DNA from: Nitrospinaceae bacterium
GTDB lineage: Bacteria > Nitrospinota_A > UBA7883 > JAJDBK01
Assembly: GCA_029261405.1 (NCBI GenBank)
Contig: JAJDBK010000057.1
Coordinates: forward strand, 1,906-65,905
DNA: 64,000 nt
Reading direction: 5' to 3'
Of this stretch, positions 1-9,337 are shown in pieces. The notes under the pieces were generated by a model, which saw only the letters and a list, made by a program, of their open reading frames with translations, ran no database searches and was not told the origin of the DNA. Made by a program: the position numbers and the translations under genes. How positions within the stretch are numbered: position 1 is the first letter of the stretch; each line of letters begins with the position of its first letter.

Positions 1-1097
1 TCAACCGACAACGTCCCGTAGATATCGTTCACACGGCTGAAAAAGTTGTCCAGGAGATTTTTTGAACGGCGGCGCATTATTCTGACAAAAGCGATCAAGA
101 GCGAAACAAGACCGGTCAACGCTGTCAGACAGAGGGCGATCACCTCGGCGTATCGTTCCAGAAATCCGGGGTGACGGCGGTCAAAAAAACCTGCGGCGCC
201 TTCATGTAGCGGAAGTGAGAACGCTCCGGGATTGAGGTTGTCGTTCGATATCACGTTTACCCCACTCTCAAGGGAGATAGACCCCCAGTTGTGGTAGACA
301 AGTCGCGCAAGCTCATAAGCGATATCTTCCGGCAGATCGCCTTTCGAAATGAGCGTGGTCTGGACGGAAATTGTCGAAACCGGTTTAGTAGGTCTTTCGC
401 CGAAGAGTCGTTTGGGAATCTGGAACGGTTTGTAATAAGGGTACCTTATCGACAGGCTCTCGGTTTCAGAACCGGGGCCAGAATCCCCGATGGATACATA
501 CCGTACATCGCCGGAACGGACAGCTTTCCCCACAGCGGGTGAAAAAACTCCGGTTACCAGCATGATCGCATCGACCTTGCCATCAGAGAGCATGTTGATA
601 CTTTCTGTGAATGGGGTGTCGCACAGAGTGTACGAGTCTGGCCCGATCCCGAAATGGGCGAGTACCCTGCCGTTGGTCCTGGCCATACCGCTCCCGGAAC
701 TCCCGATACAGACTTTATGCCCTTTGAAATCATCAATTGATTCGACACCGGAATCGCTTCGCACAAGAATATGTAAAACCTCCCGGAAAAGTTGTGTCAC
801 GCTCCGTTCGTTACCAGAGCTGAACACGTCACCCTGGATAATGGCAAGGTCCGCCTTTCCCTCCTGGATAAGTTTCAGGTTTTGAACCGAGCCTTCCCCT
901 GCAAGGACCGAAACATCGTAACGGCCTGTAGCGTTCATTACTCGGGCCAAACTCTGCCCGGCTTTGTAAAATGAACCAGACTTCGATCCGGTTGCGATAG
1001 TCAGCTTTTCGGAAGCGTTTTTACCGCAAGAGACAGTGGCGAGGCAGAGTAGAAGAGCGGCCAACAAGAGCGGATACCTTCGGAACGTAAAAATCAT
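1..1097 (-). CDS. TAXI-family TRAP transporter solute-binding lipoprotein with C-terminal TM segment (3' end runs off window)
   Basis: Not in ORF track. Manual translation from ATG at 1097 after GGAGG: MIFTFRRYPLLLAALLLCLATVSC-GKNASEKLTIATGSKSGSFY...GSVQNLKLIQEGKADLAIIQGD...LPLHEGAAGFF. These are TAXI motifs with a lipobox. Confidence 0.8.
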   Translation of the reverse strand, partial: MIFTFRRYPLLLAALLLCLATVSCGKNASEKLTIATGSKSGSFYKAGQSLARVMNATGRYDVSVLAGEGSVQNLKLIQEGKADLAIIQGDVFSSGNERSVTQLFREVLHILVRSDSGVESIDDFKGHKVCIGSSGSGMARTNGRVLAHFGIGPDSYTLCDTPFTESINMLSDGKVDAIMLVTGVFSPAVGKAVRSGDVRYVSIGDSGPGSETESLSIRYPYYKPFQIPKRLFGERPTKPVSTISVQTTLISKGDLPEDIAYELARLVYHNWGSISLESGVNVISNDNLNPGAFSLPLHEGAAGFFDRRHPGFLERYAEVIALCLTALTGLVSLLIAFVRIMRRRSKNLLDNFFSRVNDIYGTLSV

Positions 1098-1238
1098 CTA
1101 TGGAGCCTCCATGGCATGATTATAATACCTTATCCGTTTTTTTTCCCTTCATTCAGAATCCATTTCATGCTTACGGAATCTGAAAGGGGAAGTTACATAA
1201 ATGAAAAAGAGTAAAAACACGTTTCTCAGGGGGAAGAC

Positions 1239-1466
1239 ATGAATGTTGACAATAGTATAGATTGCAAGGGGCTGGCGTGTCCGGAACCGATTCTTCATAC
1301 AAAAATGGCGATCAACAAGATGGAATCGGGTCAGATACTTGAGGTTTTTACCACAGACCCTGGCTCGATAAACGATATGGCCGCCTGGTCTCGCAGGACC
1401 AAAAACCCGATAGTGGATAAATCTGAAGATGGTGACGTGTTCCGTTTCCTGATTCAAAAAGCGTAA
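1239..1466 (+). CDS. tusA: TusA-family sulfur carrier protein
   Basis: IDCKGLACPEP (CPxP motif), TDPGS motif, 75 aa. Confidence 0.92.
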   Translation: MNVDNSIDCKGLACPEPILHTKMAINKMESGQILEVFTTDPGSINDMAAWSRRTKNPIVDKSEDGDVFRFLIQKA

Positions 1467-1482
1467 GCGCAGGTAAGGAAAT

Positions 1483-1956
1483 ATGTCTGAAGAAACAAAA
1501 AGTATAGCTCTGGTCGCCTCCAAGGGAACGCTGGATCAGGCTTACCCCCCATTGATTCTCGCCTCCACAGGCGCCGCAATGGATATGGAAGCGGCGATCT
1601 TTTTCACCTTCTACGGTCTCGATATCATCCACAAGGATAAATACAAGAACCTCAAGGTAGCGCCTCTGGCTAACCCGGCGGCGCCAATGCCTGTTCCCAA
1701 TATCGTAGGTGTTCTGCCAGGTATGACCTACGCCGCCACCTGGATGATGAACGACTGGATGAGCAAAGCGAACGTCGCCACCATTCCGAAACTGATAGAG
1801 CAGTGCCAGATGGCCGGAGTCAGGATGATCGGGTGCCAGATGACAATGGATGTCATGGGAGTAAAAAGATCGGACCTGATAGATGGCATAGAGCTGGGTG
1901 GAGCCGCCATGTTTCTAGACTTCGCCGCCGACTCCGACATAAACATGTTCATCTAG
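1483..1956 (+). CDS. dsrE2: DsrE2-type (DsrE/F/DrsH-like) sulfurtransferase
   Basis: KGTLDQAYPPLILASTGAAM, FFTFYGL, CQMTMDVMG motifs; directly after tusA. Confidence 0.85.
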   Translation: MSEETKSIALVASKGTLDQAYPPLILASTGAAMDMEAAIFFTFYGLDIIHKDKYKNLKVAPLANPAAPMPVPNIVGVLPGMTYAATWMMNDWMSKANVATIPKLIEQCQMAGVRMIGCQMTMDVMGVKRSDLIDGIELGGAAMFLDFAADSDINMFI

Positions 1957-1983
1957 GTGCGTGGCGCACTGCCAGCTACGCTA
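1957..1983 (+). repeat. Single copy of 27-bp palindromic repeat unit (GTGCG-TGG-CGCAC hairpin)
   Basis: gtgcgtggcgcactgccagctacgcta is 24/27 identical to the unit tandemly repeated at 62641-62748; starts right after the dsrE2 TAG. Confidence 0.8.
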
Positions 1984-2029
1984 GGAGCCGATAGGCTGAT
2001 TACGTTCGTTCGCCGGGGCCGGATGGCCC

Positions 2030-2487
2030 GGGCTTCGGTCAGTGGCAGGGCTTGCATGATAGTGATTAGGAGAAAATGAACCGGGGCGGAGGGACATAGT
2101 TACCCGGACAAACAGCGATAACAATCCCCCGCTAACGCCATGCAGGCCGTCCCGGCTCTCTCCTGTCTTACCGTAAAGGACGAATTGGTCATAGCGTTTG
2201 CCGACAAGTCACGCCCGGTCGAATATGTTCCGAACAAAGAAGCTGATATTAAAAAGTGGCTCACAAAGATAGAGATCGGTTCGTTGGTGGCGATGGGGTC
2301 TGCCGGGTCGTATCACGAACTATTGATGGATTGTTGCCACTCCCACGGTTTGACACCATACCTGATCAACCAGCAAGACAGACGCAACTACGCTAAGAGC
2401 CTTGGAGCGCGGGGAAAAACAGATAGCGCCGATGACGACGCGCTAGCCCATATAAAATCTGGAGCGTTGCAAAAGATAACCTATTGA
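2030..2487 (+). mobile_element. Degenerate IS110-family element: non-coding left end plus truncated DEDD recombinase
   Basis: ORF 2140-2487 has KDELVIA, VAMGSAGSYH (decayed MEATGxYH) and GKTDSADD (KTDxxDA) and no C-terminal domain. Upstream stem gcggaggga...tcccccgc. Confidence 0.75.
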
Positions 2488-2492
2488 AAACA

Positions 2493-2568
2493 TGGTGGGC
2501 GGTGAGGGGATCGAACCCCCGACATCCTGCGTGTAAAGCAGGCGCTCTCCCAGCTGAGCTAACCGCCC
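2493..2568 (-). tRNA. tRNA-Val(TAC)
   Basis: Reverse complement GGGCGGTTAGCTCAGCTGGGAGAGCGCCTGCTTTACACGCAGGATGTCGGGGGTTCGATCCCCTCACCGCCCACCA; cloverleaf, TAC anticodon, encoded CCA. Confidence 0.98.
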
Positions 2569-2622
2569 ACGTATGAGAAGAGGGAGCATACCATATACCC
2601 CGAGGCAAAGTCCACGCACTCT

Positions 2623-3000
2623 CTATTCATCATTTTTCTTCAGGAAATCGAGAATTGCTAAAATCTCATCTGGAGTCAATTGCTCGATCTTCATTGCTGT
2701 CTCTTTCTTCTTATCTTTCCCCTTCATCCACTTCTTCAGTTCAGTGGTCTCGGAATGATCCCCCTCCCAAACCTTTTGTGGATTACTCAGCCATTCGTAA
2801 AGCCACTCTGCGCTATGTCGCTTGCTGACTCCAAGGAGTCCGGGGCCTACCTTCTTCTTTACTGTGAGGTTGTGACAATTCATGCATTTCTTGGTTCTGA
2901 AAAGCTCTTCCCCTTTGCCGACTTCCGCTCCGTGGGAAACCAGGGCGCTACAAACTACAACTAACGCCATAGCTACGAAGTTACTGACTATTTTATCCAT
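2623..3000 (-). CDS. Monoheme class I cytochrome c
   Basis: Signal peptide, GEELF..CMNCH, VGPGL, distal Met near the C-terminus. Confidence 0.92.
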   Translation of the reverse strand: MDKIVSNFVAMALVVVCSALVSHGAEVGKGEELFRTKKCMNCHNLTVKKKVGPGLLGVSKRHSAEWLYEWLSNPQKVWEGDHSETTELKKWMKGKDKKKETAMKIEQLTPDEILAILDFLKKNDE

Positions 3001-3611
3001 TACCTTATTTGCTTTGTATATCTTGCGCTATCACTGGGAAAACCATAAATCACCAGCCCGGATAAGATATTACGCATAAATAGCAAGCCTGAAAGTGAAT
3101 ATGCAATCAATTTTCAATCCGACAATATTCTCTTGGGTAGAAGTACGGTGGCCAGACAGGCGACAGAATCGATCTTTAACCAGAACGATGTTAAAGCGAC
3201 CTTGCGAGCCGTGTCAACAGATAATGAGTTTAACTGAAAAAAGCCCATATCGTTTCAAATTATAAACCACACAACACTTATTTCAATCACTGTACTATGC
3301 TTCATTTGCCACATGCCAACATTGTTTTCAAATGCAGGACGAAAGTAGCAACATCGTCACATTAGTTTAGATATTGCAACATGGGAAAAACGAGGAACTA
3401 ACATCCGCAAACTACTTCAATTAATGAACTATATTCGACACTCAGATGAGATAACCGAGATCTGGCAAAACTGAAACCGAGCAAAAAACATCGTCCGCAA
3501 GAGGTTCGCCACACACATTACTGCAGTTTCTGCATTTTCTAAAGATTAATTATTCAATGAATTAAAAAGAAGCGTTGACTATCTACAAATCAAAAACAGT
3601 ATAGTTCTAAA

Positions 3612-4553
3612 TCACCTGCTGGATGCGGCTGAAAGAATTGATCGCTCCACAAGGAGGGCCGCCCACGCGCCCACGCGAACCGTATCGGCTCTCTTGTCTC
3701 CAGTCGATACTACGAATATCATATCTCCGTCGTAGGGTGTATGTGAGGGTTCCACAGCCCTTGCTATTCCGTCGTGAGCCATGATTGCGATACGTTTCGC
3801 CTCGGCTTTCGTAAGTTGCGCGTCTGTGACCACCACACCAATCACGGTAGCGCCAAAACCTGGAGGTTGAACCGGTTTATCGAGATAATGGACGGGAGAG
3901 CCGTTCTCATCGCGCGCAACGGCAACGCAATTGCCATTAAAACGGTCAGTCACGGCTCCAAAACAGTTCGCCACCATCAAGGCTCCGACCGAAACGCCCT
4001 CTTCAATTACAGACCGTGACGCCAAACCACCCGGTGAGCTTTTTGTCGGGCCGAGATATTTCGCGACGGTCGCTCCAGTTCCAGCTCCGATCCGCCCTTC
4101 ATCCCCGACACTCTTCTTATCCGCATTTTTACACGCCAGGTACCCTTCCTGCGGGCCCGGTCTGACATCAGATGCGCCCACCGCCAGGTCGTATATAACC
4201 GCAACCGGAGCAATAGGGACAATATGATCGCCTGCCTGGAAACCTTTCCCTTGCTCCTCAAGGTATCGCCGCGCGCCATCTCCTGTAGCCAGCCCGAAAG
4301 CCGAACCACCCGACAAGAGAATAGCGTTAACCCCTCTGACCAGCGCTGATGGGTCCAGCAGATCTGTCTCCGATGCGCCGGGAGCGCCACCTGCGACATG
4401 CACACTTGCGGTGGAGAGTTGATCGAAGAGGATGGCGGTGCAACCTGTCTGGGCATTATGGTTTGACCAGTGCCCTACGCTAACACCTGGAACATCAACA
4501 AGTCTGGATACGGGGTTAATGGATATCATTCTTTCGTGAGTTCCTTGCAACAT
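3612..4553 (-). CDS. P1 (DmpA/S58) family peptidase
   Basis: DVPGVSVGH, TGCT, GGAPG, LSGGSAFGL, GAGTGA, AHDGIARAV.PSHT..DGD motifs; start may be 4529. Confidence 0.9.
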   Translation of the reverse strand: MLQGTHERMISINPVSRLVDVPGVSVGHWSNHNAQTGCTAILFDQLSTASVHVAGGAPGASETDLLDPSALVRGVNAILLSGGSAFGLATGDGARRYLEEQGKGFQAGDHIVPIAPVAVIYDLAVGASDVRPGPQEGYLACKNADKKSVGDEGRIGAGTGATVAKYLGPTKSSPGGLASRSVIEEGVSVGALMVANCFGAVTDRFNGNCVAVARDENGSPVHYLDKPVQPPGFGATVIGVVVTDAQLTKAEAKRIAIMAHDGIARAVEPSHTPYDGDMIFVVSTGDKRADTVRVGAWAALLVERSILSAASSR

Positions 4554-4563
4554 TAAACCGCTA

Positions 4564-4679
4564 GGAGTCTGTCGAACTTAGGGGTTCGTTAGCGAGTAGT
4601 GCGACTACCCCGGGTGGCTCGACCACAGCAAGTGGTCGCACCACTTTGTAGCAGAATCATCATAAGTCCAACAGACTCC
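4564..4679. mobile_element. 116-bp MITE-like element with 17-bp imperfect terminal inverted repeats
   Basis: GGAGTCTGTCGAACTTA (4564-4580) versus reverse complement of 4663-4679, GGAGTCTGTTGGACTTA (15/17). Three internal 13-nt hairpins at 18-nt spacing. Intergenic. Confidence 0.75.
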
Positions 4680-4688
4680 CAGGGCGCT

Positions 4689-5819
4689 TTATTTAAGTTC
4701 GACCAGCAGTATGGCCACATCATCATTGAAGCTGTCTTCAGAGTTAAAACCGGCCACTTCTTCAAGGATTTCATTAAGAAGAGCTTCAGGGTCAACCTCA
4801 AGACCGGCTTTGAGTTTATCCACCAGCCTTTTTTCGCCATACTGGTTCCCATCAGCGTCCATAACTTCGGTAATACCATCGGAGTAGGTTACGATCCGGT
4901 CGCCTTTATTTATTTGAACAGATTTTTCCTCAACGAAGAACTCGTCATCGAGTCCAACCACGTCTCCTGCGGCTGTAAGGTTCTCCACACTCCCCGATTC
5001 CCGTTTAACGAGGATCGGGTATGGGTGTCCAGCTCTTACATAGGTCATGACACCTGTATTTGTATCGAGCGATCCGAAAAACATGGTCAGATATTCAGGT
5101 TCAGGGGTAACTTTCAACAGTTTGATGTTAAGTTCGCTTACGATTTTCACTATAGAACTCTCGGTCGCCGTAATTTCGTTTATCATCGCTTTGGCCAGGG
5201 CGGCGATCATGGCGCCAGATGGTCCGTGTCCCGACACGTCCGCCATGATTATCCCGACCTTGCCGTCGCCAAGATCGATGACGTCATAATAGTCGCCACC
5301 GATTGATCTGGCCGCTTCGTACCTACTTGCGAAAGTAACCTTTTCTTCGTACGGGAAATGGGTTGGCAACAACGCCCTTTGCACTTCAATCGCCGTATGA
5401 AGGTCTTCTTCCATGCTTTTGTTTGCGCTGGCCACCTGGTCGTAGAGCTGTTTCATACGAAGCATGGAGTTCACCCTGGCGGCAAGCTCCGTTTCGTGGA
5501 AAGGTTTTGTCAGGTACTCCTCCGCTCCGGCGGCAAGGCCCTTGACGATATCTTCAACATCAATTTTGTTGGCGGTAAGCAGGATAATCGGTATGTGATG
5601 GGTATTCGGATCTTTCTTAAGAGTTTCGGCAACTTCAAGACCACTGATTCCTGGCATCATTACATCAAGAAGCAGAAGATCGACATGTTCGGTCCTGGCT
5701 TTTTCAATTGCGTCTTTCCCGTTGTAGGCCGAAACCACCTCATGCTCCATCCGCTCCAGAATAAGCTGTAGCAGAAAGACGTTATCTTCTATGTCGTCAA
5801 CAACCAGTATTCTCGCCAC
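4689..5819 (-). CDS. Response regulator fused to PP2C/SpoIIE phosphatase
   Basis: ILVVDD, LLDVMMPG, KPF receiver; GGDYYD, ADVSGHG, AGHP, YSDGITE, DDVA phosphatase motifs. Confidence 0.95.
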   Translation of the reverse strand: MARILVVDDIEDNVFLLQLILERMEHEVVSAYNGKDAIEKARTEHVDLLLLDVMMPGISGLEVAETLKKDPNTHHIPIILLTANKIDVEDIVKGLAAGAEEYLTKPFHETELAARVNSMLRMKQLYDQVASANKSMEEDLHTAIEVQRALLPTHFPYEEKVTFASRYEAARSIGGDYYDVIDLGDGKVGIIMADVSGHGPSGAMIAALAKAMINEITATESSIVKIVSELNIKLLKVTPEPEYLTMFFGSLDTNTGVMTYVRAGHPYPILVKRESGSVENLTAAGDVVGLDDEFFVEEKSVQINKGDRIVTYSDGITEVMDADGNQYGEKRLVDKLKAGLEVDPEALLNEILEEVAGFNSEDSFNDDVAILLVELK

Positions 5820-5846
5820 TTCTATTCACCGCAATAATATTCGGAT

Positions 5847-6857
5847 TTAACGCCGCCTGCGCTTGAGTTGGTATTTTCTCACTGCACGGTTATGTTCCGC
5901 AAGTGTCAAAGAGAAATGATGCTCCCCGTTCTCCTTTTTGGCGACGAAATAGAGGTATTTCGTATCGGCGGGCTCCGCTACGGCCAGGAGCGATAAAAAT
6001 CCGGGATTTGCGATAGGACCGGGTGGTAAACCTCTGTGGACATATGTGTTGTAGGGAGATTTATTGAGCAGGTCTTTTTTGGTAATGTTCCCGTCAAAAT
6101 CGGGGAGGGAGTATATGACCGTCGGATCGCATTGCAGAAGCATTTTACGTTTCAACCGGTTGTAGAAGACTGACGCCACCAGTTTTCTCTCTTTTGCAAC
6201 AGAGGTCTCCTTCTCCACCAGGGAAGCCATGGTCACCATCTTGTGAAGTTCATCCCGGTTTTCGGTGGATGAGGGTGGCAGTTTTTTTACCTTCTCAAAG
6301 AAGAGTTTTGTCATGGTGTTTGCGATCTCCTTTTCCGGAACTCCTTTGCGAAACATATACGTCTCCGGAAAAAGGTATCCTTCCAGCGAATCGGCGGGAA
6401 TACGGTAATGATCGATAAGCCCTTTATCTCTTCCGGCTTTGACGAACTCCGCCGAATCGGCGAGACCGTTTTTTTCGAGCAATTCGGCTATCTCAAATAT
6501 GGTCAGACCTTCCGGGACGGTTACGGAGTGTAAAAGCGTCTCGCCTCTTGCAAGTTTTTGTACGGCTGACCGGATACTGCTATCCTTGCTGAACCTGTAC
6601 TCCCCCGCTTTGAGGGCGCCTGTGTTTCCGGTAAGTCTGGCTTCGATTTCAAACAGGACCGGGTTACCGATAACCCCTGCGGACGATAGTTTTTGGGCGA
6701 CACTGCGCAGAGAGGAGCCTTTTTCGATCTGAACCACAATCTCCCCCGGACCGGTTTTACCCGTAGCCGTAACTTGCTTTTCAAACCATCCGTATAATGC
6801 TCCCCCCAGAACGACCGCCAGGAAGAGAAGTTTTAAATAGACGCCTGCTTTCATCAT
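5847..6857 (-). CDS. mltG: Endolytic transglycosylase MltG
   Basis: LKAGEY, TVPEG, LEGYLFPETY, ASLVEKET, LQCDPT, SPYNTY, GLPPGPIANPG. Confidence 0.96.
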   Translation of the reverse strand: MMKAGVYLKLLFLAVVLGGALYGWFEKQVTATGKTGPGEIVVQIEKGSSLRSVAQKLSSAGVIGNPVLFEIEARLTGNTGALKAGEYRFSKDSSIRSAVQKLARGETLLHSVTVPEGLTIFEIAELLEKNGLADSAEFVKAGRDKGLIDHYRIPADSLEGYLFPETYMFRKGVPEKEIANTMTKLFFEKVKKLPPSSTENRDELHKMVTMASLVEKETSVAKERKLVASVFYNRLKRKMLLQCDPTVIYSLPDFDGNITKKDLLNKSPYNTYVHRGLPPGPIANPGFLSLLAVAEPADTKYLYFVAKKENGEHHFSLTLAEHNRAVRKYQLKRRRR

Positions 6858-7276
6858 GTTGCGGGGCGGGATTGGAGCCAGCTTGAGAGTATCAGTTGGG
6901 CCGCCATCTGGTCCTTGAAGTTTTTTCTCTTTTTCCTCGATACGTTCGCTTCGATCAGAACCCTCTCGGCCATGGCGGTGGTGAGACGTTCATCCCAGGT
7001 CGCAACCGGTATGTCGAGATCCTTCTCCAGTTTTTTGGCGATATTCCCGCATAATGTCGCCATCTCGCCGTAAGAACCGTCCATGTTGCGAGGGATACCG
7101 ACCACAACCGATTCGACAGTCTCATACTCTTCGATGAGGCGGATGACGTTGCGCAGGTCGTCTTTATACCCTTTCCGGCTCCATGAACCAGCGGGTTGGG
7201 CGGTAATACCGAGTTCATCGCTTATAGCGGCGCCTGTGCGGACCGTGCCGAGATCGAGAGCCAGAGTTCTTGCCAT
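6854..7276 (-). CDS. ruvX: YqgF/RuvX pre-16S rRNA nuclease
   Basis: LALDLGTVRTGAAISD, VVGIP, WDERLTT, D.MAA.LIL. Confidence 0.95.
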   Translation of the reverse strand: MARTLALDLGTVRTGAAISDELGITAQPAGSWSRKGYKDDLRNVIRLIEEYETVESVVVGIPRNMDGSYGEMATLCGNIAKKLEKDLDIPVATWDERLTTAMAERVLIEANVSRKKRKNFKDQMAAQLILSSWLQSRPAT

Positions 7277-7277
7277 G

Positions 7278-9335
7278 TCAGTTTCCGGTTATAGCCACAA
7301 TAGATTGATGCAAAATATCGGTCATCCTGTTTAGCTCCGACTCAGTGACCACTGGCGCCGGGAACAGGACCAGGACATCTCCCAAAGGCCGAACAAGAAG
7401 CCCTCTTCTCTTCGCCTCTTCACAAACCTTGTGGCCGGTTCTGTCTGCAGAATCGAATGGCTCTTTGGTTAAGCGATCCTGCACAAGTTCGATCCCCGCA
7501 ATAAGCCCTCTTTGCCTGATATCCCCCACATGATGCAGGTCGACAAACCGGACAAGAGCCGAGGAGAGGTCCGCCCCTCTCTCCTGAAAGGTAGCGACGA
7601 TATTACGCTCTTTGTAAAGTTTCAGATTTTCAAGAGCCACTGCGGCGCCCACCTGGTTGGCGGTATATGTATGACCGTGAAAAAAAGTCTTGCCATCTTT
7701 ATGTTCGCCATCAAAAGCGTTGTAGATCATATCGGTGGTCAAGGTTGCGGCAAATGGAAGAATACCTCCGGTTATCGATTTTGAGAGGGCCATGATATCG
7801 GGTGTTACCTCTTCATGGTTACAGGCGAACATCTCACCAGTTCGACCAAAGCCGACCGCCACCTCGTCGGCGATCAGGAGCGTGTTGTGTCTACGCAATA
7901 TTTCGGCTATTTTCTTAAGATACCCGTGGGGCGCGGTGATGATACCACCGGGACACTGCACCAGCGGCTCAACGATCATGGCGGCGTATCTATCCTTGTT
8001 GGCAGTCAGTTTTTCACCCACAACATCAGCGCACGCAATGGCGCAATCGGGGTAGCTTTTGCCGAGGGGGCAACGGTAACAATAAGGGGCGGGAACAAAA
8101 TCGGTAGCAAATAGAATATCCCGGAATTCGGCGTGGTACAGATCAACACCTCCCACCGCCATGGCGCCGACCGTATCGCCATGATACGCCATGTCGAGGG
8201 CGAGAAACTTCGTCCGGTTCGATTCAGGCTCAACCCGTTTCCAGTATTGGTACGCCATTTTCAACCCCACCTCCACCGCCGTGGAGCCGTTGTCCGAATA
8301 GAAGACCTTTTTCATGCCTTCCGGGGCTATCTCTATCAATCTTTCCGCAAGCTCTATGGCCGGAACGTTCGAGAGGCCGAGAAATGTCGAGTGGGCGATT
8401 TTTCCAAGCTGGGCGTGGGCGGCGTGAATCAGGCGCGGTTCGCCATGCCCGTGGATGTTGCACCAGTAGCTTGAAAATCCGTCAAGAAACTGATCGCCGG
8501 TGACATCGCGCACCTTAACACCGTGGCCCGATTCGATAACAGTCACCCGATCCTTGCGCCACTGTTTCATCTGGGTAAACGGATGCCAGATATACTTTTT
8601 GTCCCGCTCCTCATAATAGTTCCGACGGCTGGATGAGTATCCGGTTTCAAGAGCTGTGATCAAACGGTCAACATCCACACCTTTCAGGAAATTTTCCAGC
8701 AGTTCATCGGGGTTGTCGGGATCGCTTATATGCTGTACCAGCCCGAAAACCGGGACACCACCCCGCTTCTCTATAAAGTCGAAATCGGGAACCGGGTATA
8801 CCTTTTTTTTATGTTGGGAGAAAATAACTCCCAGTACATTCACACCCTGAGTCCTCACAGCCTGAATCGTCGAAAGTGTATGGTTTATCGAACCCAGAAA
8901 GGGATGGGCGACTATTAGCGCCGGAACTCCCATCAGCCGGGCGAGGTCTCCGATATCGAGTTTGTCCGTCAGTGGCGCCAGTGGCCCCCCCGCCCCTTCC
9001 ACAAGCGTAATGTCGTGGCTTGTGGAAAGATGTTTATAGGCGGCTCTGATCTTTTCCGGGTCGATAACCAGATCTTCGGCCAGAGCGGCGTGATAAGGGG
9101 AGAGCGGCTTTTTGAGAACATAAGGCGCCACAAGGTTTTCCGGGTCGTCTGTTCCGGTCATCTTTTTCAGATACTTTGTGTCCTTGCCCTGTTCAGTTTT
9201 TGCGCCCGACTCGACCGGTTTCATGACACCAACGTCGTAGCCGTTTTTTATTAGCGTCAGAGCAAGCGCGCCGGTAATAGTGGTCTTCCCTATCCCGGTA
9301 TCAACACCTGTCACAAACAGCCCTGTTGTTATCAT
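7278..9335 (-). CDS. bioDA: Fused dethiobiotin synthase / DAPA aminotransferase (BioD-BioA)
   Basis: N-terminal FVTGVDTGIGKT, KPVESG, VEGAGG (BioD); C-terminal IWHPFTQM, DNGSTAVEV, YHGDT, LIADEV..GFGRTG, HGHTY (BioA). One frame; likely start MITTG at 9335. Confidence 0.93.
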   Translation of the reverse strand: MITTGLFVTGVDTGIGKTTITGALALTLIKNGYDVGVMKPVESGAKTEQGKDTKYLKKMTGTDDPENLVAPYVLKKPLSPYHAALAEDLVIDPEKIRAAYKHLSTSHDITLVEGAGGPLAPLTDKLDIGDLARLMGVPALIVAHPFLGSINHTLSTIQAVRTQGVNVLGVIFSQHKKKVYPVPDFDFIEKRGGVPVFGLVQHISDPDNPDELLENFLKGVDVDRLITALETGYSSSRRNYYEERDKKYIWHPFTQMKQWRKDRVTVIESGHGVKVRDVTGDQFLDGFSSYWCNIHGHGEPRLIHAAHAQLGKIAHSTFLGLSNVPAIELAERLIEIAPEGMKKVFYSDNGSTAVEVGLKMAYQYWKRVEPESNRTKFLALDMAYHGDTVGAMAVGGVDLYHAEFRDILFATDFVPAPYCYRCPLGKSYPDCAIACADVVGEKLTANKDRYAAMIVEPLVQCPGGIITAPHGYLKKIAEILRRHNTLLIADEVAVGFGRTGEMFACNHEEVTPDIMALSKSITGGILPFAATLTTDMIYNAFDGEHKDGKTFFHGHTYTANQVGAAVALENLKLYKERNIVATFQERGADLSSALVRFVDLHHVGDIRQRGLIAGIELVQDRLTKEPFDSADRTGHKVCEEAKRRGLLVRPLGDVLVLFPAPVVTESELNRMTDILHQSIVAITGN

Positions 9336-9337
9336 CT

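Noticed and set aside
291-974. Several short ORFs from the track
   Set aside because: They overlap the longer TAXI gene on the minus strand, which the track missed.
2493-4553. Genomic island or prophage integrated at tRNA-Val
   Set aside because: No integrase, and I did not find a duplicated tRNA 3' end in the window.
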